A stretch of 64,000 bases of DNA from Sulfolobaceae archaeon (GCA_038893355.1 JAWARQ010000003.1:1-64000), one strand, 5' to 3'. Shown: positions 10,355-23,400, counted from the first letter of the stretch. Notes: generated from the sequence alone by a model not told the origin. Numbers and translations are program-made.

Positions 10355-11716
10355 CTAAGCCTCTACTACCTTTAATAAGTCATGTTGGTCTAACTTATGT
10401 ACTACTAAATAACTATTTGATATCCTCCTCAAGTCGGCATTATCTCCTCTCACCATCACAGTAATTAACACTGCGTTTGCCTCCTTCAACGACCTCCTGA
10501 CTGTACTCTCTGCTATCTTATCCTCACCGTCTGTTATTAATATGACCTCGCTGACCCCCTTAACGTTCCCGTCCTTGATGTCTTCACAAGCAGCTATTAT
10601 AGACCTACTTATATCAGTTCCTCCACCTCCCCTTATTTTCCCGATGTATTCAATCATCTTTATGACGTCTTTACTCTTTGCGTTCTTCAAGACTTTTATT
10701 AAGGGGTACGGGATGTTGTCGAAGAACCTTAGGTAGAAGTCCCTGTTCTCCCTCCTAGCCCTACTGTATAACGCTAGGGAGACTGCCTTAGCCCAAAGTA
10801 TTTTCTCACCGTCCATACTCCCTGACTTATCTAACAGCAAGTAAATAGGCCCCATGCTTTCCTTTATCTGCTTTTGGTATAGTAAGAGCTCAGACTCAGC
10901 CAACTTTACATAAAAGTAGTCTTCCGGCAGTGCTAGTTCGGAGTGTACTATCCTCTCTACGTCTGAACCCTTCTCGTACCCGAAGTATTCTCCTTTGGAG
11001 AACCTTACTGTCTTCTTCTTGGTGAAGGCACCTAGCTTTGGTATCCCGCTTAGGAATTCTAATATTTTCTTTATCTCAGCATTTCTGGCCAGCCTTAAAA
11101 CTTCCGTAATTTCCCCTTCGAAAGTCAGTACTGAGCCAGTCCCGGCCCCCTGCCCTCCTACGATCTTCTGCATATTCCTCACAGCGTTTGAGTCTTCTAC
11201 TGCCTTACTCAAGGCCTTCTCGTGGGCCTGCTTTAGTACTCTATTCATTACCTGCTCTTCTTCAGCGTTCTTAGGTTTAGGGCTGGAACCTTTAAGTAGG
11301 CTGTTTATTAGCTGTTCAGCGGCTTCCCTTTCCTCTTGGCTCTGGGAAGTCCTCCTTATCCTCTCAAGCTCTTCAATTAACTGCTGGACGTAGCTTACTG
11401 ATAAGGCCATGCTTACTGCTGAGTTTGCTATAGAGTAGCTCCTATTCTCCATTACGATTTCTGAGTCTAAAGTCATGCTCAGTAGTCTATACATTATGCT
11501 CTTCCTCTCGTCTTCTGGCATCGTATTTAGGATAGGTAAGGGCAAGTAGTGTACGTAAAATACGTCTACTAGGAAGTTGGGGTCAATCCCGAGTTCTTTT
11601 CCGGTTATTTTCTTTATTGACGTAGCTATCCTTTCCCCTCTGTATTTGACCAGGGGGTCTTCATAGTCTATTCCTCTTAAAAACCCGGGCATTTCTTTAA
11701 CCTCACCTATGCCCAA
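10355..11716 (-). CDS. VWA-domain protein (ViaA/CoxE-like MoxR partner)
   Basis: MIDAS DKSGSM, GGGTDIS, ITDGED. Confidence 0.88.
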   Translation of the reverse strand: MGIGEVKEMPGFLRGIDYEDPLVKYRGERIATSIKKITGKELGIDPNFLVDVFYVHYLPLPILNTMPEDERKSIMYRLLSMTLDSEIVMENRSYSIANSAVSMALSVSYVQQLIEELERIRRTSQSQEEREAAEQLINSLLKGSSPKPKNAEEEQVMNRVLKQAHEKALSKAVEDSNAVRNMQKIVGGQGAGTGSVLTFEGEITEVLRLARNAEIKKILEFLSGIPKLGAFTKKKTVRFSKGEYFGYEKGSDVERIVHSELALPEDYFYVKLAESELLLYQKQIKESMGPIYLLLDKSGSMDGEKILWAKAVSLALYSRARRENRDFYLRFFDNIPYPLIKVLKNAKSKDVIKMIEYIGKIRGGGGTDISRSIIAACEDIKDGNVKGVSEVILITDGEDKIAESTVRRSLKEANAVLITVMVRGDNADLRRISNSYLVVHKLDQHDLLKVVEA

Positions 11717-12869
11717 ATCCTAATTTTCTAGCTACTTTTTCCAGCAATTTATCTATTTCGCTTATAACTTCTTGAGAGTAAGAGATCACTTTTTCGTCAC
11801 CGCTCTCATTTCCTAAAGCTAAAACCCTGTCCCTAGTGGCCCTCAGGCTCCTTATTAGTTCTATTAGCCTTGGGTCGTTTTCATTTGCTGCATCTACGTA
11901 TTTACTAGCCTCCTTTATATTGTTGTATATGTCTGTCAGCTCCTTTAGGTACTTTAATGGCGTCTTCAGCTCCTCTGAGAGTAGTGCGGAGACTTTTTCG
12001 AAGTCATCGATTTCCTTGGGTGCTATGTACTTTAATACTATTAAATCCTCCTCTACAGCCTTAAGCCTACCGTTTAGTACTGCATGTGCTGCTATTATCT
12101 TGAGGGCCTTCCCTTTCCTTCTGTCAGTTAAGTGTATTCCCTTCTCTTCTAGCATTATATATAGCTTCAAAAGCTTACTCTTAATCCCCTCAAGGTCGAC
12201 TTTGCCTAGGTAGCTGTATAGCTCGTCGATGTCGCCTATTGTCATTATAGGCTCCTTTACAGCCCACTTATTTGTGAATTCTATGTCCCAAGACGCTTGT
12301 AGTAAGTCCTTCCATAATTCCTCCCCTACGGGCTTTGCGTAATGCCTTAGTAATAGCCTATCGTATAGTGCCTCTAGTTCCGGCTCGTCGGGAACCCTAT
12401 TACTGGCACTTATCAAGGTTCTTAGGGGAACCTTTATTATGTTATAACCATCGTATATTACCCTCTCGTTTAGTAGGCTCAGTAGGGCGTTGAGGATTGC
12501 TGAGTTTGCATTGAATATTTCATCTAAGAAGGCTATTTCAGCCTCTGGTAGCCTGTCCTTTGTAATCCTCTTATAAATTCCCTGCCTAAGCATGTTTATG
12601 TCTAGGGCACCGAAAAGCTCTGCAGGCTCTGTGTACTTTGTGAGTAGGTACATGAAGAATTTGGCGTTGAGTAGTTCAGCTGCCCTCCTAGCTAGGGCTG
12701 ATTTTGCGGTACCGGGCTCGCCGATTAATATTACATGCTCTTTTGAGAGGAGAGCTAATGTTATTACCTTAGCCTCTTCCTCCCTACCTACGAAAGGGCT
12801 TGCTAATGATTCGAGGAATTTCTTAGGTAGATCTAATAATCTACTATTAACAATATTATTACGATCCAC
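11703..12869 (-). CDS. MoxR/RavA-family AAA+ ATPase
   Basis: Walker A GEPGTAKS, Walker B FLDEIF, LYDR; overlaps the VWA gene. Confidence 0.9.
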   Translation of the reverse strand: MDRNNIVNSRLLDLPKKFLESLASPFVGREEEAKVITLALLSKEHVILIGEPGTAKSALARRAAELLNAKFFMYLLTKYTEPAELFGALDINMLRQGIYKRITKDRLPEAEIAFLDEIFNANSAILNALLSLLNERVIYDGYNIIKVPLRTLISASNRVPDEPELEALYDRLLLRHYAKPVGEELWKDLLQASWDIEFTNKWAVKEPIMTIGDIDELYSYLGKVDLEGIKSKLLKLYIMLEEKGIHLTDRRKGKALKIIAAHAVLNGRLKAVEEDLIVLKYIAPKEIDDFEKVSALLSEELKTPLKYLKELTDIYNNIKEASKYVDAANENDPRLIELIRSLRATRDRVLALGNESGDEKVISYSQEVISEIDKLLEKVARKLGFGHR

Positions 12870-13362
12870 TTATTGTTCCCTAATATATGATCAGATTTAG
12901 GCTTAATAAATAACAATTAAAAATGATTTTATGAGATAGATGAAAATTTGGATGAAAGGTTAAAATTTGAGGTAGTCCAAAACTATTTTTTCAAGTAGTT
13001 TAAACTGCTATAAGGGATGTTCTAGATAGCATTTTACGGAAGACTGTAGTATATCTTTGCATAACTTTTAGCTGCTTTTTACTTAATTATTATGATTATT
13101 ACCTTTACGTGGACGTTTTAATGTAGGTACTACATGCTATACCTCTTATATAGGTGCTCGTGGCAGAATTAGAAGTAGTTAGAAGTAAGCATAAATTACA
13201 CCACGGTAGACACTAGTTTTAAAAGAGGGTATTCACGGTTACACTTTCTGCCTTATCATCTATCTTGGATTAATATTAACGAAATTTCATGGGATCATAG
13301 AATGTGAGTTCCCGATAAGTGAGTGTTGTGGTTTTAATAGTTTAAGGCTAAAAGTGTATTCA

Positions 13363-13740
13363 ATGTCAAAGAAGGATATCATCGACGCGTTTAAAGATAG
13401 GGCATTAAGGTTCTTCGAGGAAGCAATGTCAGATAAGAGAAGGGCTGGTACGACTTTGCAGTGTTTCACCTAGAACAGTCCTTACAATTGACGCTTAAGG
13501 CCGCCCTTCTTGAGACTAAGGGAAGTTATCCCTTTACTCATGATATAGATGAGTTAATAAGCTTTCTCAGAAACTCTCAACTTGTGGAGATGAGGAATAG
13601 GAATAAGGAATTAGTAGTGCTGTTAAAGAAAGCTTGCATATACTGGGTATTTTCCTAGCTACTACGATAAGGAAATTACGATGAAGTTAGCCGAACTCGT
13701 TAGGGAATTCCTTAAGGTATTGGAACTATGGAGAGGGTAG
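13363..13740 (+). pseudogene. HEPN-domain protein, doubly frameshifted
   Basis: MSKKDIIDAFKDRALRFFEEAMSD / KGWYDFAVFHLEQSLQLTLKA..YPFTHDI / KLAYTGYFPSYYDKE..ELWRG* with frame changes near 13435 and 13630. Confidence 0.8.
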
Positions 13741-14057
13741 AGTACTTTATTAATTGGAGGAAATATGCTGAGGAGATCTGCATCGCTCTTAAGCGAATCT
13801 TACCAGACGTAATGGTGGTAGTTTTTGGTAGTGTGATTAAGGGGAACTATGTCCCTTCACTGAGCAACATTGACGTCCTGATAGTATCTGACCATATAGG
13901 GGACGTTATGTGGAAGGCTAAGGTAAGCGTGTATATTACCTCAACAACAGTATTTAAGGGTAAGTTTACTCCCTTCGAGTTCCATTATTCTAATTGGAGG
14001 AATTATGATGAGTTCTATAAAGAGTTTTTGAAACCTCTAGTGGAAGTTAGATGTTAA
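13728..14057 (+). CDS. minimal nucleotidyltransferase (MNT), catalytic DxD altered to NxD
   Basis: VFGSVIKG...SNIDVLIV; overlaps the HEPN pseudogene. Confidence 0.8.
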   Translation: MERVEYFINWRKYAEEICIALKRILPDVMVVVFGSVIKGNYVPSLSNIDVLIVSDHIGDVMWKAKVSVYITSTTVFKGKFTPFEFHYSNWRNYDEFYKEFLKPLVEVRC

Positions 14058-14088
14058 AACTCTTTCCCTATATATTTAAAAAAGTATG

Positions 14089-14445
14089 TTATTTTCGCGA
14101 AGCTTTTAAGGAGGACAAGTAGGATTTGATGAAATCTAGGTCTATCTTTAGATCATCTACCTTCTCTTCTTCTAGCCATAATAGCCCTCCTGCAGCATCT
14201 ACGACATTTCCTTTAACCTTTAGTTCATTAGTCCTGTCCTTCCAGTTAAATACGTCCTTATTTATGACTAAAACGTATATTTCCCCAGTATCCCTCAAAT
14301 GAACCTTTCCCCAGAACAGATCCCCTAGTTTGTATTCTACTTCTTTCCCAAATGGTCTTCTACCCGGCCTTTCGGAGACGCTTACCCAATTCCCTACTTC
14401 CGCACCTAAATCCTTTAATACTTTTACTATCTCGTCCTCAATCAT
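14089..14445 (-). CDS. sdhD: succinate dehydrogenase small subunit (SdhD/SdhF type)
   Basis: Last gene of the sdh operon; hydrophilic; WVSVSERPG and AAGGLLW. Confidence 0.8.
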   Translation of the reverse strand: MIEDEIVKVLKDLGAEVGNWVSVSERPGRRPFGKEVEYKLGDLFWGKVHLRDTGEIYVLVINKDVFNWKDRTNELKVKGNVVDAAGGLLWLEEEKVDDLKIDLDFIKSYLSSLKASRK

Positions 14446-15317
14446 TAGATTACACCCTTTATTCTGAGGATTTCTTGGGATAATTTACTTAATCCTAACT
14501 CTTCTGGGGTAAACCCGAATGCTATTCCTAGTAATTGGGTTATGTAGATTGCAGGAAGAACCCAGGATATGTTAAATTCTGCCTTTATTTTATACTGTGT
14601 TGCGTCCATTTGTAAGTGACATAGGGAGCATGGGTGTACTAATATATCTGCACCCCTATCCTTTGCTGCCTTTAAAATATTGTAAGCCATCTTTAGCCCT
14701 GCCTTAGGGTTACTTCCCATTAGTGGGAAGCCACAACATGAGGTAGCCTCAGGGAATGAGATCGGAGTAGCGCCGGTCACTTCAATTAGCCTTTCTAGGC
14801 TGCTGGGCTTATATGCCTTCTCAAAGCCCATTATCTGCTCTGGCCTTAACATCTGACAGCCGTAATAGGCAGCTACTTTTAGCCCGGTTAATGGTTTCTT
14901 TACGTGTTTCTTTAAGTTCTCAACTCCTATGTCTCTCAATAAAACCCATACTATGTGCTCAGCCTTTGCCTTGTTGGAGTACTGTAACGAGGCCGACTTT
15001 AGTCTTCTGTTAACTTCCTTCCTTAACCTCTCGTCTTCGTTATATTTATAAACAGCTAGCCTATGGCTATGTAAGCAGACGCTACAGGGCGTGACCATTT
15101 TTTCTAGCCCTAAGCCCTCTACCTTAATTAAGTTCCTTAAGTTGAGCCCAGTGTGTGCTATTTCGTCGTATTCGTCTAGGAACCCTCCACCGCAACAGTT
15201 CCAGTCCGGGACTTCTACTAACTCTAAGCCTAATACTTCTGCTATTTTTCTGGTAGCAATATCTACGTCTTTCGATAATCCGTGGGTTGCACACCCCGGG
15301 TAATATGCTACTTTCAC
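14445..15317 (-). CDS. sdhC: succinate dehydrogenase CCG-domain subunit (SdhC/SdhE type)
   Basis: YYPGC, WNCCGG, PCSVC, CCGF and PCSLC (two CCG domains). Confidence 0.9.
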   Translation of the reverse strand: MKVAYYPGCATHGLSKDVDIATRKIAEVLGLELVEVPDWNCCGGGFLDEYDEIAHTGLNLRNLIKVEGLGLEKMVTPCSVCLHSHRLAVYKYNEDERLRKEVNRRLKSASLQYSNKAKAEHIVWVLLRDIGVENLKKHVKKPLTGLKVAAYYGCQMLRPEQIMGFEKAYKPSSLERLIEVTGATPISFPEATSCCGFPLMGSNPKAGLKMAYNILKAAKDRGADILVHPCSLCHLQMDATQYKIKAEFNISWVLPAIYITQLLGIAFGFTPEELGLSKLSQEILRIKGVI

Positions 15318-16270
15318 TACTCCTCACCCATTATTTTTTTGATCTCATCTATTCTCTCTACCTTCTTCTCCTTTACCAATACTTGGTTTAGTTCCTTAAC
15401 TTTTAGTATATAGACCATGTCTGTTAATGTCCTTAATAACCCATAAGTTTTTACATATACTTTAGCCTCTTCAAGGATCCCAGTATTCCTTATTGATTCG
15501 GCTATTGCTTCGCTATGTTTTATTCCAGTTGTAACTACTTCGGTCTTCTCTTTTAAGTACCTACTATACTGTCTAGTCTTCTTTATTGCAGTCACGGGTT
15601 CAATATCTCTGGGGCAGACATGGTAACATTGGTAACAATAAGTGCACCTCCACGAGCTGTCTATTAAAATCTTTAGCCTCTCCTCAAATATTGTGTCCCT
15701 CGGGTCCGCTAGGAATCTAAATCCTTTAGCGTGGGCTGCAGGGCCTAAGAAATTCTCATCAATCCTTATTGCTGGGCAAGCGGAAACGCAAAGGCCACAC
15801 CATATGCATTGCCCAAACTTCCACAGAACCTCTTGGTCTTCTGGCTTTAATCTATGCTCTGCCTTACCTTCTAAAACTTCCTGTGCGGGGTATAATCTGG
15901 GCTTTACTTTAAACATCCTATCATAGAATTCATCCCAGTCTACTACCAGATCCTTAATTACCTTAAAGTAGTCCATGGGCTCAATTGTTATAGTGTTACT
16001 ACCAAACTGTGTAATTATCTCTTTAACGTTAGTTTTACAGGCTAGCCTAGGCTCACCGTTTATTCTCATCCCGCAACTTCCACATATCGCCATTCTGCAT
16101 GATGCTCTATAAGCTAGTGAAGGGTCTATTGAAGTCTTGATTTTCCTCAGCCCTTCTAGTACGGACGCATACTTATCTAAAGTTAGCTTATACTCCTGCC
16201 ACCATTCCCCCTTTTCTGGGCTATATCTCCTAACCTTGAATATTACCTCAAATTCTTCTGCTGTTGCCAT
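15317..16270 (-). CDS. sdhB: succinate dehydrogenase iron-sulfur subunit
   Basis: [33 protein letters not shown]; start taken at ATG 16270 overlapping the sdhA stop. Confidence 0.93.
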   Translation of the reverse strand: MATAEEFEVIFKVRRYSPEKGEWWQEYKLTLDKYASVLEGLRKIKTSIDPSLAYRASCRMAICGSCGMRINGEPRLACKTNVKEIITQFGSNTITIEPMDYFKVIKDLVVDWDEFYDRMFKVKPRLYPAQEVLEGKAEHRLKPEDQEVLWKFGQCIWCGLCVSACPAIRIDENFLGPAAHAKGFRFLADPRDTIFEERLKILIDSSWRCTYCYQCYHVCPRDIEPVTAIKKTRQYSRYLKEKTEVVTTGIKHSEAIAESIRNTGILEEAKVYVKTYGLLRTLTDMVYILKVKELNQVLVKEKKVERIDEIKKIMGEE

Positions 16271-17970
16271 TAATAGACCCTCGCTTCTGGCTTCCATTTA
16301 GTGATCCTAACCGGCTTATAAGTTATTTCGACCGTATTCCCCCTTAAATATGCTAAAGTATGTTTTAACCAATTATTATCGTCCCTCTCGGGATAGTCTG
16401 TCCTATAATGTGCACCTCTAGATTCTTTTCTAATTAAGGCTGAATAAGCTATTACTGTAGCCAAATCTAGCATGTTTCTGAGTTCTAATGCGTTAAAGAA
16501 TTCCATATTATAGATTCTACTTTTGTCAGTGACATACATTCTCTTTGTCATTTCCTTCAGCTCATTAATTCTACTTAATGCTTCTTTTAGTCCGGATTCA
16601 TCCCTAAATATTCCCACATAGTCCCACATTACGTCCCTCAGTTTCTCTAAAATCTCACCAAAGTGTACTCCGCTCTCGCTCTTTACAAAACTATACGCGC
16701 TATCAACTATTTTTTCAGCTTCACTTTCTACAGAGCTGGAGGGTTCTGAAGTCTTCTTTAAGAATTCAACAACAGTCTTTCCAGTTATTCTACCAAAAAC
16801 TAAGCCTTCTAGAAGTGCGTTTGAGCCCAGTCTATTTGCGCCGTGTAGTGAGATACAAGCTGCCTCACCTGCCGCAAATAGCCCCATTAACTCAGAATTG
16901 TGACCGTCAGTCTCAACGTCTATTCCGCCCATGTAGTAATGTTGTGCAGGCCTTACTGGGATTGGTTCGTTAAATGCGTCTACACCGGCAAAGTTCTTTG
17001 CGACCTCTACTGCTAAGCTCAATCTTTTCTTAATATATTCTTCACCTAAGTGCCTTAAATCAAGGCCTACATAGCCTCCGGGGAATCCTCTACCTTCTCT
17101 TATCTCAGTTACTATTGCCCTAGAAACTATATCTCTGGGTGCTAGTTCCAGTTTTTTAGGAGCGTATTTTATCATAAATCTTTCTCCCTTGGCATTTATT
17201 AGCCTAGCGCCCTCTCCCCTCGCTGCCTCACTTATCAAGACGTCATTGGGATACAGAGCTGTAGGATGGAATTGGACGAATTCTGGATCTTTAATTGGGA
17301 CTCTAGCCCTCAATGCCATTGCATATCCGTCCCCAGTATTAATTAACCCGTTGGTAGTATGTCTATATAGAGTACCCATTCCTCCGGTAGCTATCACTAC
17401 TGCCCTAGCTTTAAAGAAAGTCGGTTCCATGTCTTTCATTCTCATTGCAATAACTCCCCTTATTCTGCTCTCGTCCCTAACTAGATCTAAGGCAAACCAT
17501 TCGTGATAGAAGTCTACGTTTTGAGTACCGGAAACTCTTTCGAATAGTGTGTGTAGTAATGCCATCCCAGTTTTATCTCCGACAAATCTAGTCCTCGGAT
17601 AAGTTTGGCCGCCGAAATATCTTAATGCTATTCTACCGTCTGGTTGCCTAGTAAATAACGCACCCCATCTCTCCATTAGCATTGCTATGTTTCCAGATTC
17701 ATACGCTACTATCTCTGCAGCGTCTTGATCCACTAGGAAATCTCCGCCTTTAACGGTATCATAGGCCATTAGCTCTGGGCTGTCATTAGGGTCAGAATTT
17801 CCGGGAATGTATGCCGCAATTCCTCCTTCGGCTGCAGCTGAATGTGATCTAGTTGGAAATACTTTTGAAATAACGGCAACCTTAAATCCTGCAGTTGCTA
17901 TTTCATAAGCAGCCATTAGTCCTGCTAATCCAGCTCCTAAAACTACTGCATCATAAGAAGATTTATCCAT
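16270..17970 (-). CDS. sdhA: succinate dehydrogenase flavoprotein
   Basis: [16 protein letters not shown] (covalent-FAD His), QFHPT, HYYMGG, HGANRLG. Confidence 0.96.
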   Translation of the reverse strand: MDKSSYDAVVLGAGLAGLMAAYEIATAGFKVAVISKVFPTRSHSAAAEGGIAAYIPGNSDPNDSPELMAYDTVKGGDFLVDQDAAEIVAYESGNIAMLMERWGALFTRQPDGRIALRYFGGQTYPRTRFVGDKTGMALLHTLFERVSGTQNVDFYHEWFALDLVRDESRIRGVIAMRMKDMEPTFFKARAVVIATGGMGTLYRHTTNGLINTGDGYAMALRARVPIKDPEFVQFHPTALYPNDVLISEAARGEGARLINAKGERFMIKYAPKKLELAPRDIVSRAIVTEIREGRGFPGGYVGLDLRHLGEEYIKKRLSLAVEVAKNFAGVDAFNEPIPVRPAQHYYMGGIDVETDGHNSELMGLFAAGEAACISLHGANRLGSNALLEGLVFGRITGKTVVEFLKKTSEPSSSVESEAEKIVDSAYSFVKSESGVHFGEILEKLRDVMWDYVGIFRDESGLKEALSRINELKEMTKRMYVTDKSRIYNMEFFNALELRNMLDLATVIAYSALIRKESRGAHYRTDYPERDDNNWLKHTLAYLRGNTVEITYKPVRITKWKPEARVY

Positions 17971-18077
17971 GAGTCTAAATTAAGTTACAAATTTAAAAAC
18001 GTTTGTAAGTGCATCATTAAAACAATTTTTAATATTTATCCCTTTAGTTCTCTTAAATAGATTTATTGTCTATAATT

Positions 18078-18878
18078 CTAAATTAATTCTAATAGGTCTT
18101 TGACCACATATGTTGGCTTGATCGCGTTTTTCTCTAGATCTTTTAGGGTAGATATTCCGGTTAGTACTAGGGCTGAGTCTATCCCTAACTCTTTAGCCAT
18201 CTTTATATCAGTTTCTAGCTGGTCACCAACTATTATTACCTTCATAGAACTAGGAATTTTATCCATCCCTACAGCCTTTAATGCTACTTGAATTATCCAC
18301 GGGTTCGGTTTTCCCGCAATAAAGTCTGGCTGCCTATTGAGCGCATAAATTATAGCACTTGCTAACGCTCCCGCACCTAACTTTAATCCGTTCATAGATG
18401 GCCATAGTCTATCCATATTCGTTACGATAAATTTAGAACCCTTAAAGATACATCTCATTGCAACCGATAGTTTATCATAGTTACAATGCCTATCTAGGCC
18501 TATAACAACGGCATCTGGCACCTTCTCCTCAGCCTCTACAGTTGAAAAGACTGTAAATCCAGATCTTTTTAATTCCTCTATCAACCCCTCCTCGCCGACT
18601 GGATAGACTGTCTTTATGTTAGTCCTTTCTTTCATATATTCAATTGCGGCTACCCCGCTTGTAATTATATCTTTATAAGAAATGTTCAAGCCTAAATAAT
18701 TGAATTTCCTCGCTAAAAGTACCCTATCAAATCCTGAGTTATTCGTTAGGAAGATTACTTTTTTCCCAGCCTCTAAGAATTTTCTCAGAGCCTTTATATT
18801 ATTCCATATCGGTTCATCTTCCCTTATTACAACACCGTCTACATCGCTAATTACAAGGTCATAGTCTAGTAACTTCAT
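18078..18878 (-). CDS. HAD-IIA family hydrolase (NagD-like)
   Basis: [22 protein letters not shown]. Confidence 0.9.
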   Translation of the reverse strand: MKLLDYDLVISDVDGVVIREDEPIWNNIKALRKFLEAGKKVIFLTNNSGFDRVLLARKFNYLGLNISYKDIITSGVAAIEYMKERTNIKTVYPVGEEGLIEELKRSGFTVFSTVEAEEKVPDAVVIGLDRHCNYDKLSVAMRCIFKGSKFIVTNMDRLWPSMNGLKLGAGALASAIIYALNRQPDFIAGKPNPWIIQVALKAVGMDKIPSSMKVIIVGDQLETDIKMAKELGIDSALVLTGISTLKDLEKNAIKPTYVVKDLLELI

Positions 18879-19156
18879 AGCCGTTGTATCTTTTCATTAA
18901 TCTTACTTATTAATTCTTCCTTGGATCTTGCAAAACCGAAAAGTCCATAAGGGTAATATAGTATAGAAGTACAATTCCATTCAATTGCTTCTGCCTTCAT
19001 AACTTTGAAGTAGTAATAACCACTTTCTTTTCCTTCATTCTCCTTGAACAGTATTATTAAGTATTCATCATTGCCCTTAGAGGCTATATATAATTCACAT
19101 TCCTCATACTTCCTTCTAATTAGCCTGTTAAATCCTAGCTTAGATGCATCCAACAA
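18875..19156 (-). CDS. hypothetical protein
   Basis: 93-aa ORF overlapping the HAD gene start by 4 nt. Confidence 0.6.
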   Translation of the reverse strand: MLDASKLGFNRLIRRKYEECELYIASKGNDEYLIILFKENEGKESGYYYFKVMKAEAIEWNCTSILYYPYGLFGFARSKEELISKINEKIQRL

Positions 19157-19187
19157 AGTTTATACCCTACTCTTCAGTATAATCTTC

Positions 19188-20780
19188 GTGGATTCTGAAA
19201 AAGTTGTGCGCAGATATTACTCTAATATAATTAAATTACCAAATGAACGAATCTTAATATTCACAACTTTACTTATAATTTTTCTAACTTTTTTAGAAAA
19301 TAACCTTTCAAGGCTGTTTTTCGCAGAAGCTATTTACTTTTCTATAATTTTTCTTCTATTTATAGATAGAAGAAAACTTGGCCTATTCTTTATAACAATT
19401 TCTGGAGCTGCTAGCTTGTTATTTAACCTACTAAACTTTGCAATATATGCATTAATATTCTTTACACCATTATATACATTTAACTTATTAACTAAATATT
19501 CAGAGATAAGAGCAGTCCTACTCTCTTCCTTACCCTCAGATTCTTTAGTCATCCTTTATCCTTACCCTTACTATATAGTTTACCTTTTTACCGTAATTTT
19601 AACCAGCTACTTCTACTTACTCTTAATAAACAGGAGGGGTAAGAAGACAGTGGGCATTTCCTCTTTACAAATAGCTAGGCCGTTTCTAAGGGAAATACTA
19701 CATAAGGATGAAAACCCTTTAGAGCATTTCCTTGAAAGATTGTCCTATACTACGTCTATTCATGTTGGAGTATTCAAGTTTGGTGATTTACCAATCATTA
19801 TTCCTAAGATCCATTTTGGAATATTTGGTAGAATTGGGAGCTCTATGTTCATTTACGATATAGAGGATAAGGTTAAAGGTGCAATGGTATTTCATGGTCC
19901 GGGCAGCCATGAACTGGATTTACCGTCAAGGAGGGAGTCTAAAAGGATAATATCCGAGATCGTGGACAAGCTTAATATCTCAAAACCGACATATTTGAGA
20001 TTATACTCTATAAAAATACAGAGAATATCAAACTTTACTGTTACTTCCCTAGTCTTTGATAAGGCTTTAATCTCGTTTATTGAAAGAGAGAACGGAGGAA
20101 TAGATGACTTACCCCAAGGATTGTGGGAACTAGCTAGAAAAAGTAACATCTATGTAATAGACACGCATTCCCTATCAAAAGAAAAGGATATTAATGTGGA
20201 CGAAATAAAGGAATTGAAGGCTGAGTTAAAAAAATTATTATCATCATCAATAAATATTCAAAGTACTGAAAATAAGTTGTTGTTAGGGTACGCAGAAGAT
20301 TTTCTAAATAGGGATTATGCTGGATACTGTAATAAGAGGATAAGGGTATTAATTTTGGGTGATGGTGAGAGGAAAGTTGGGATAGTTTATATCTATGCTA
20401 ATAATGCAAATCCAGAATTATACTATTCGATAAAGAAAGAGACTAAAGACTTAGTCGATTATACAATACTAGTAACTCCGGACGATCATAGTTGCACTGG
20501 GATTTCATTCGGCTATCTTTATACTCCAGCAACTTATAACGAGGAAATTATAATGAAAGTTAGAGAAATGATAAGAAGGGCACTAAACGAGTTGAAACCA
20601 GTTAACGTAGAATTCTACCCAGTTGAAGTTAAGGGAGTAAAGGTCTTAGGTTCGATCGTTTCGGTTTTTGTCCACGGGTTAGAAAATGTAGGGAAGTATG
20701 TATTAAAAACGTTTTGGATACCTTTCTTATGCCCCATACTATTCATGATAATTATAATGACCTTGAGAATTCCTCTATGA
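19188..20780 (+). CDS. DUF2070-family membrane protein
   Basis: [17 protein letters not shown] and TPDDH motifs after TM helices; start moved to GTG 19188 to avoid the divergent gene. Confidence 0.75.
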   Translation: MDSEKVVRRYYSNIIKLPNERILIFTTLLIIFLTFLENNLSRLFFAEAIYFSIIFLLFIDRRKLGLFFITISGAASLLFNLLNFAIYALIFFTPLYTFNLLTKYSEIRAVLLSSLPSDSLVILYPYPYYIVYLFTVILTSYFYLLLINRRGKKTVGISSLQIARPFLREILHKDENPLEHFLERLSYTTSIHVGVFKFGDLPIIIPKIHFGIFGRIGSSMFIYDIEDKVKGAMVFHGPGSHELDLPSRRESKRIISEIVDKLNISKPTYLRLYSIKIQRISNFTVTSLVFDKALISFIERENGGIDDLPQGLWELARKSNIYVIDTHSLSKEKDINVDEIKELKAELKKLLSSSINIQSTENKLLLGYAEDFLNRDYAGYCNKRIRVLILGDGERKVGIVYIYANNANPELYYSIKKETKDLVDYTILVTPDDHSCTGISFGYLYTPATYNEEIIMKVREMIRRALNELKPVNVEFYPVEVKGVKVLGSIVSVFVHGLENVGKYVLKTFWIPFLCPILFMIIIMTLRIPL

Positions 20781-22113
20781 TGTTATCAGTCTCCATTTTC
20801 CATCTCATTAATTCTTTAGAAGACTTAGGATAGTTCTTATAATGAGCTTTTATCCTAGCCATGTACTCTGCAACAGTCTTTAATTTGAAGAGAAGTGATG
20901 GCTTACCTAGTCCTGCAATTATTCTCATAGCCTTTTCAGCTACTGATAGGTGAAGGTCACCTTGACTACTCACAACAACTAAATCCTCCTCTTTAATAAT
21001 TCTCTTTCTCATTCCATAATTTATCTCATCATTAGAGAGCTTTTGTAAAAATCTCCTAAATAAGTCTAGCCCGGCCTGCTTTGCACCATATTTTTCAATG
21101 TAACATTCATTGGCCTCCCATAGCCCATCTGCAGAAAAGTCACCGCTTTCGAAAGCCTTAAGTATAGCTTTAGCAATGCAATAACCGGAGATCATAGCAG
21201 AGCCTTTACCACCACCGTGTACTGGATTAACTGTAAATGCAGAGTCACCTGCTACTGCTATTCCATTCCAAACTAGTGTGGAAATTGGCCTCCTAGTGGG
21301 TACTAATGCACCTCCCTTAACTATTAGTTTTCCCCTATCAATATCCGGCCCATATATGGTATAATATTTCTCGTAAAATGTATGTATGCTAGGGTAGCCC
21401 ATTCCAGCCTGGATGCCTAAACCAATATTTACCTTATCCTTACCTTTGGGGAAATACCACCAATAACCCCCTGGAGAAGTAAATTGGTCTATGAATATTT
21501 TTAGATATTGGGGTTCTTCAATATCATCTTTTGTGTATACTACTTCCCTATAAGCAATATCAGAGTCCTTCTCATCGAGTGGCTCAGAAACTGGAATTTC
21601 TGATGGTAATTTGCTTCTTACGCTCATTGAATAGCCTGTAGCGTCGACTAAAACTTTTGATTTTACTGTTATAGTTACATTCTTCCTTCTATCAAATATT
21701 ACAGCACCCTTAACAAAGCCGTTCTCAAATATTGGTTTCATTGCAGTTGTAAGATCCATAATTTCAACGCCTTTGGATTGTGCTTCTCTCAATATCCTCT
21801 GAGTATATGCAGGTGCATTAATTTCAAATCCCTCTCCAGTTACGAGCCAAACAGTCTCCATGTCTGGGCTATACAACTTAATTCCGCTAATCTTTTGTTC
21901 TAACTCAATCCCACTTGGGTATGGCATTCCTAAATCATCAAAATGTCCTTTACTTATTGCATCACCGCATGGTTTATCTCCTATTCTCCCCCAAGGTTTA
22001 CTATCAATTAGTAATACCCTTAATCCTTTACCTGCTAAATGCCATGCAGCTGATGCTCCTGCAAATCCTCCTCCTACTATGAGAACATCATAGCTTAATT
22101 CTATGAGAACCAC
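20752..22113 (-). CDS. digeranylgeranylglycerophospholipid reductase (GGR)
   Basis: [37 protein letters not shown]. Confidence 0.9.
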   Translation of the reverse strand: MVLIELSYDVLIVGGGFAGASAAWHLAGKGLRVLLIDSKPWGRIGDKPCGDAISKGHFDDLGMPYPSGIELEQKISGIKLYSPDMETVWLVTGEGFEINAPAYTQRILREAQSKGVEIMDLTTAMKPIFENGFVKGAVIFDRRKNVTITVKSKVLVDATGYSMSVRSKLPSEIPVSEPLDEKDSDIAYREVVYTKDDIEEPQYLKIFIDQFTSPGGYWWYFPKGKDKVNIGLGIQAGMGYPSIHTFYEKYYTIYGPDIDRGKLIVKGGALVPTRRPISTLVWNGIAVAGDSAFTVNPVHGGGKGSAMISGYCIAKAILKAFESGDFSADGLWEANECYIEKYGAKQAGLDLFRRFLQKLSNDEINYGMRKRIIKEEDLVVVSSQGDLHLSVAEKAMRIIAGLGKPSLLFKLKTVAEYMARIKAHYKNYPKSSKELMRWKMETDNIIEEFSRSL

Positions 22114-22148
22114 CTTAAATATTCTTAATTCCTTCTCTTATAAAAATC

Positions 22149-22523
22149 CTATTTACAATAATCCCTAGCTATCATTGCTAAAATTTGGTTAGGAAGACTA
22201 TCTACTAATTTCCTAGTTAGGTATCTATGCTCTTCTGAGCAATATATTATTATTTTTTCAATTCTTTTTTCTAAAATTATTTTTTCAATTTTATTTAAAT
22301 TCTCTTTATTTACAATGATTATTTCAATTCCTAATTCTATGTTATCTAAAATTGCCTCCCTCGAGTACTTTACTACTTCAGAAAAATTTTTGTCAGTAAT
22401 TATAAATAAATATAATTTTTTTGATCCAAGAATCTTTGCATCTTTAAATACCTTCCTAAAATAATTACCTAATTCTTCCTCCTTAACATTAATAATAGCA
22501 CCTACTGGCCTTAGATTTTCCAT
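22149..22523 (-). CDS. conserved hypothetical protein
   Basis: ORF extends to 22601; ATG 22523 (MENLRPVG) judged the more likely start. Confidence 0.55.
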   Translation of the reverse strand: MENLRPVGAIINVKEEELGNYFRKVFKDAKILGSKKLYLFIITDKNFSEVVKYSREAILDNIELGIEIIIVNKENLNKIEKIILEKRIEKIIIYCSEEHRYLTRKLVDSLPNQILAMIARDYCK

Positions 22524-22628
22524 ATTCTCTACTTCTATATAAGTTAGTATTAGCTTTTTCGCTTGAGTGGGGATAATACTATTATTATTAAGATAGAGCA
22601 TTTAGTATGTGAAGCGATATGAATAAAT

Positions 22629-22871
22629 ATGATAGCACAGATAATTTATGATAAAATTGATGAAAATTTACCGATGATTTACAAAACGTTAAGGAGAATT
22701 CCTTTAGTTACTGACATTATATTTACTAGGGGAAAAGAGCTTGCAGTGTACATTAACGGAATTAAGGTATGGGACTCGAAGCGGAATAGCTTGAAGGAAT
22801 TGAAGAATGAAGTATATAGTATAAAAGTTGATGAGGAGTTATCAAATTTTATCTTTCCTTTCAGCTCCTAA
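22629..22871 (+). CDS. hypothetical protein
   Basis: 80-aa ORF filling the gap between neighbouring genes. Confidence 0.55.
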   Translation: MIAQIIYDKIDENLPMIYKTLRRIPLVTDIIFTRGKELAVYINGIKVWDSKRNSLKELKNEVYSIKVDEELSNFIFPFSS

Positions 22872-23400
22872 ATTGCCTTAAGTAAAAATTAGACTCTGTT
22901 ATTACTAAATATCCTCTAACTTCTTGTGGAAACTCCCTAGTAATACCGCCAGTATAAATTACTCTAGCTAACTTATCAACTTCTAACCTCTTATATTGAC
23001 CAATAACTAACCAATCCCAAGGACCTACATTCATACTCTTCCTAAGTTGATCTATATCACCTTGATATCCATGGATAATATAGAATTTTCCAGAAGGGGA
23101 TTCTGCTATATACATTGTAGTTGCAATTATTTCTTCCCTATATCTAGGCTCTGCCATAATACACTTTATTGCATGGGGATCCATATCACCTTGAATATAA
23201 ACTATTTGAGCCCAGGGTGCTATACTCCTAATGACATAAATTACATCAATTACTCTAGGACACTCATAATCCCAATAACATTGTGTAGTATCACCATTAA
23301 GTATTATTACTTCTGGTTCTTCCCTCTTTATAATACTAGAAAGCACACTTTCTATATGAGGTTCTGGAAATCTTATATTACTCATTACTAGATACTTCAC
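22861..23400 (-). CDS. calcineurin-like phosphoesterase-fold protein with degenerate metal motifs
   Basis: MSNIRFP, LNGD, QGDMD, IHG and IGQYK at the positions of the five MPP motifs. Confidence 0.7.
   Translation of the reverse strand: MKYLVMSNIRFPEPHIESVLSSIIKREEPEVIILNGDTTQCYWDYECPRVIDVIYVIRSIAPWAQIVYIQGDMDPHAIKCIMAEPRYREEIIATTMYIAESPSGKFYIIHGYQGDIDQLRKSMNVGPWDWLVIGQYKRLEVDKLARVIYTGGITREFPQEVRGYLVITESNFYLRQFRS

Noticed and set aside
13020-13090. Possible PIN-domain remnant on the minus strand (KAAKSYAKIYYSL)
   Set aside because: Too short to support.
14089-17970. CCG-domain anchor and extra Cys in SdhB
   Set aside because: Known non-classical Sulfolobales SDH; not novel.
19044-19187. 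Long N-terminal extensions in the ORF track (also 29612-29860 and 48666-48983)
   Set aside because: They overlap divergent genes; downstream starts fit the protein families better.
22102-22113. Possible ATA start of GGR behind SD AAGGTGG
   Set aside because: An in-frame GTG at 22113 exists, so non-canonical initiation is not required.
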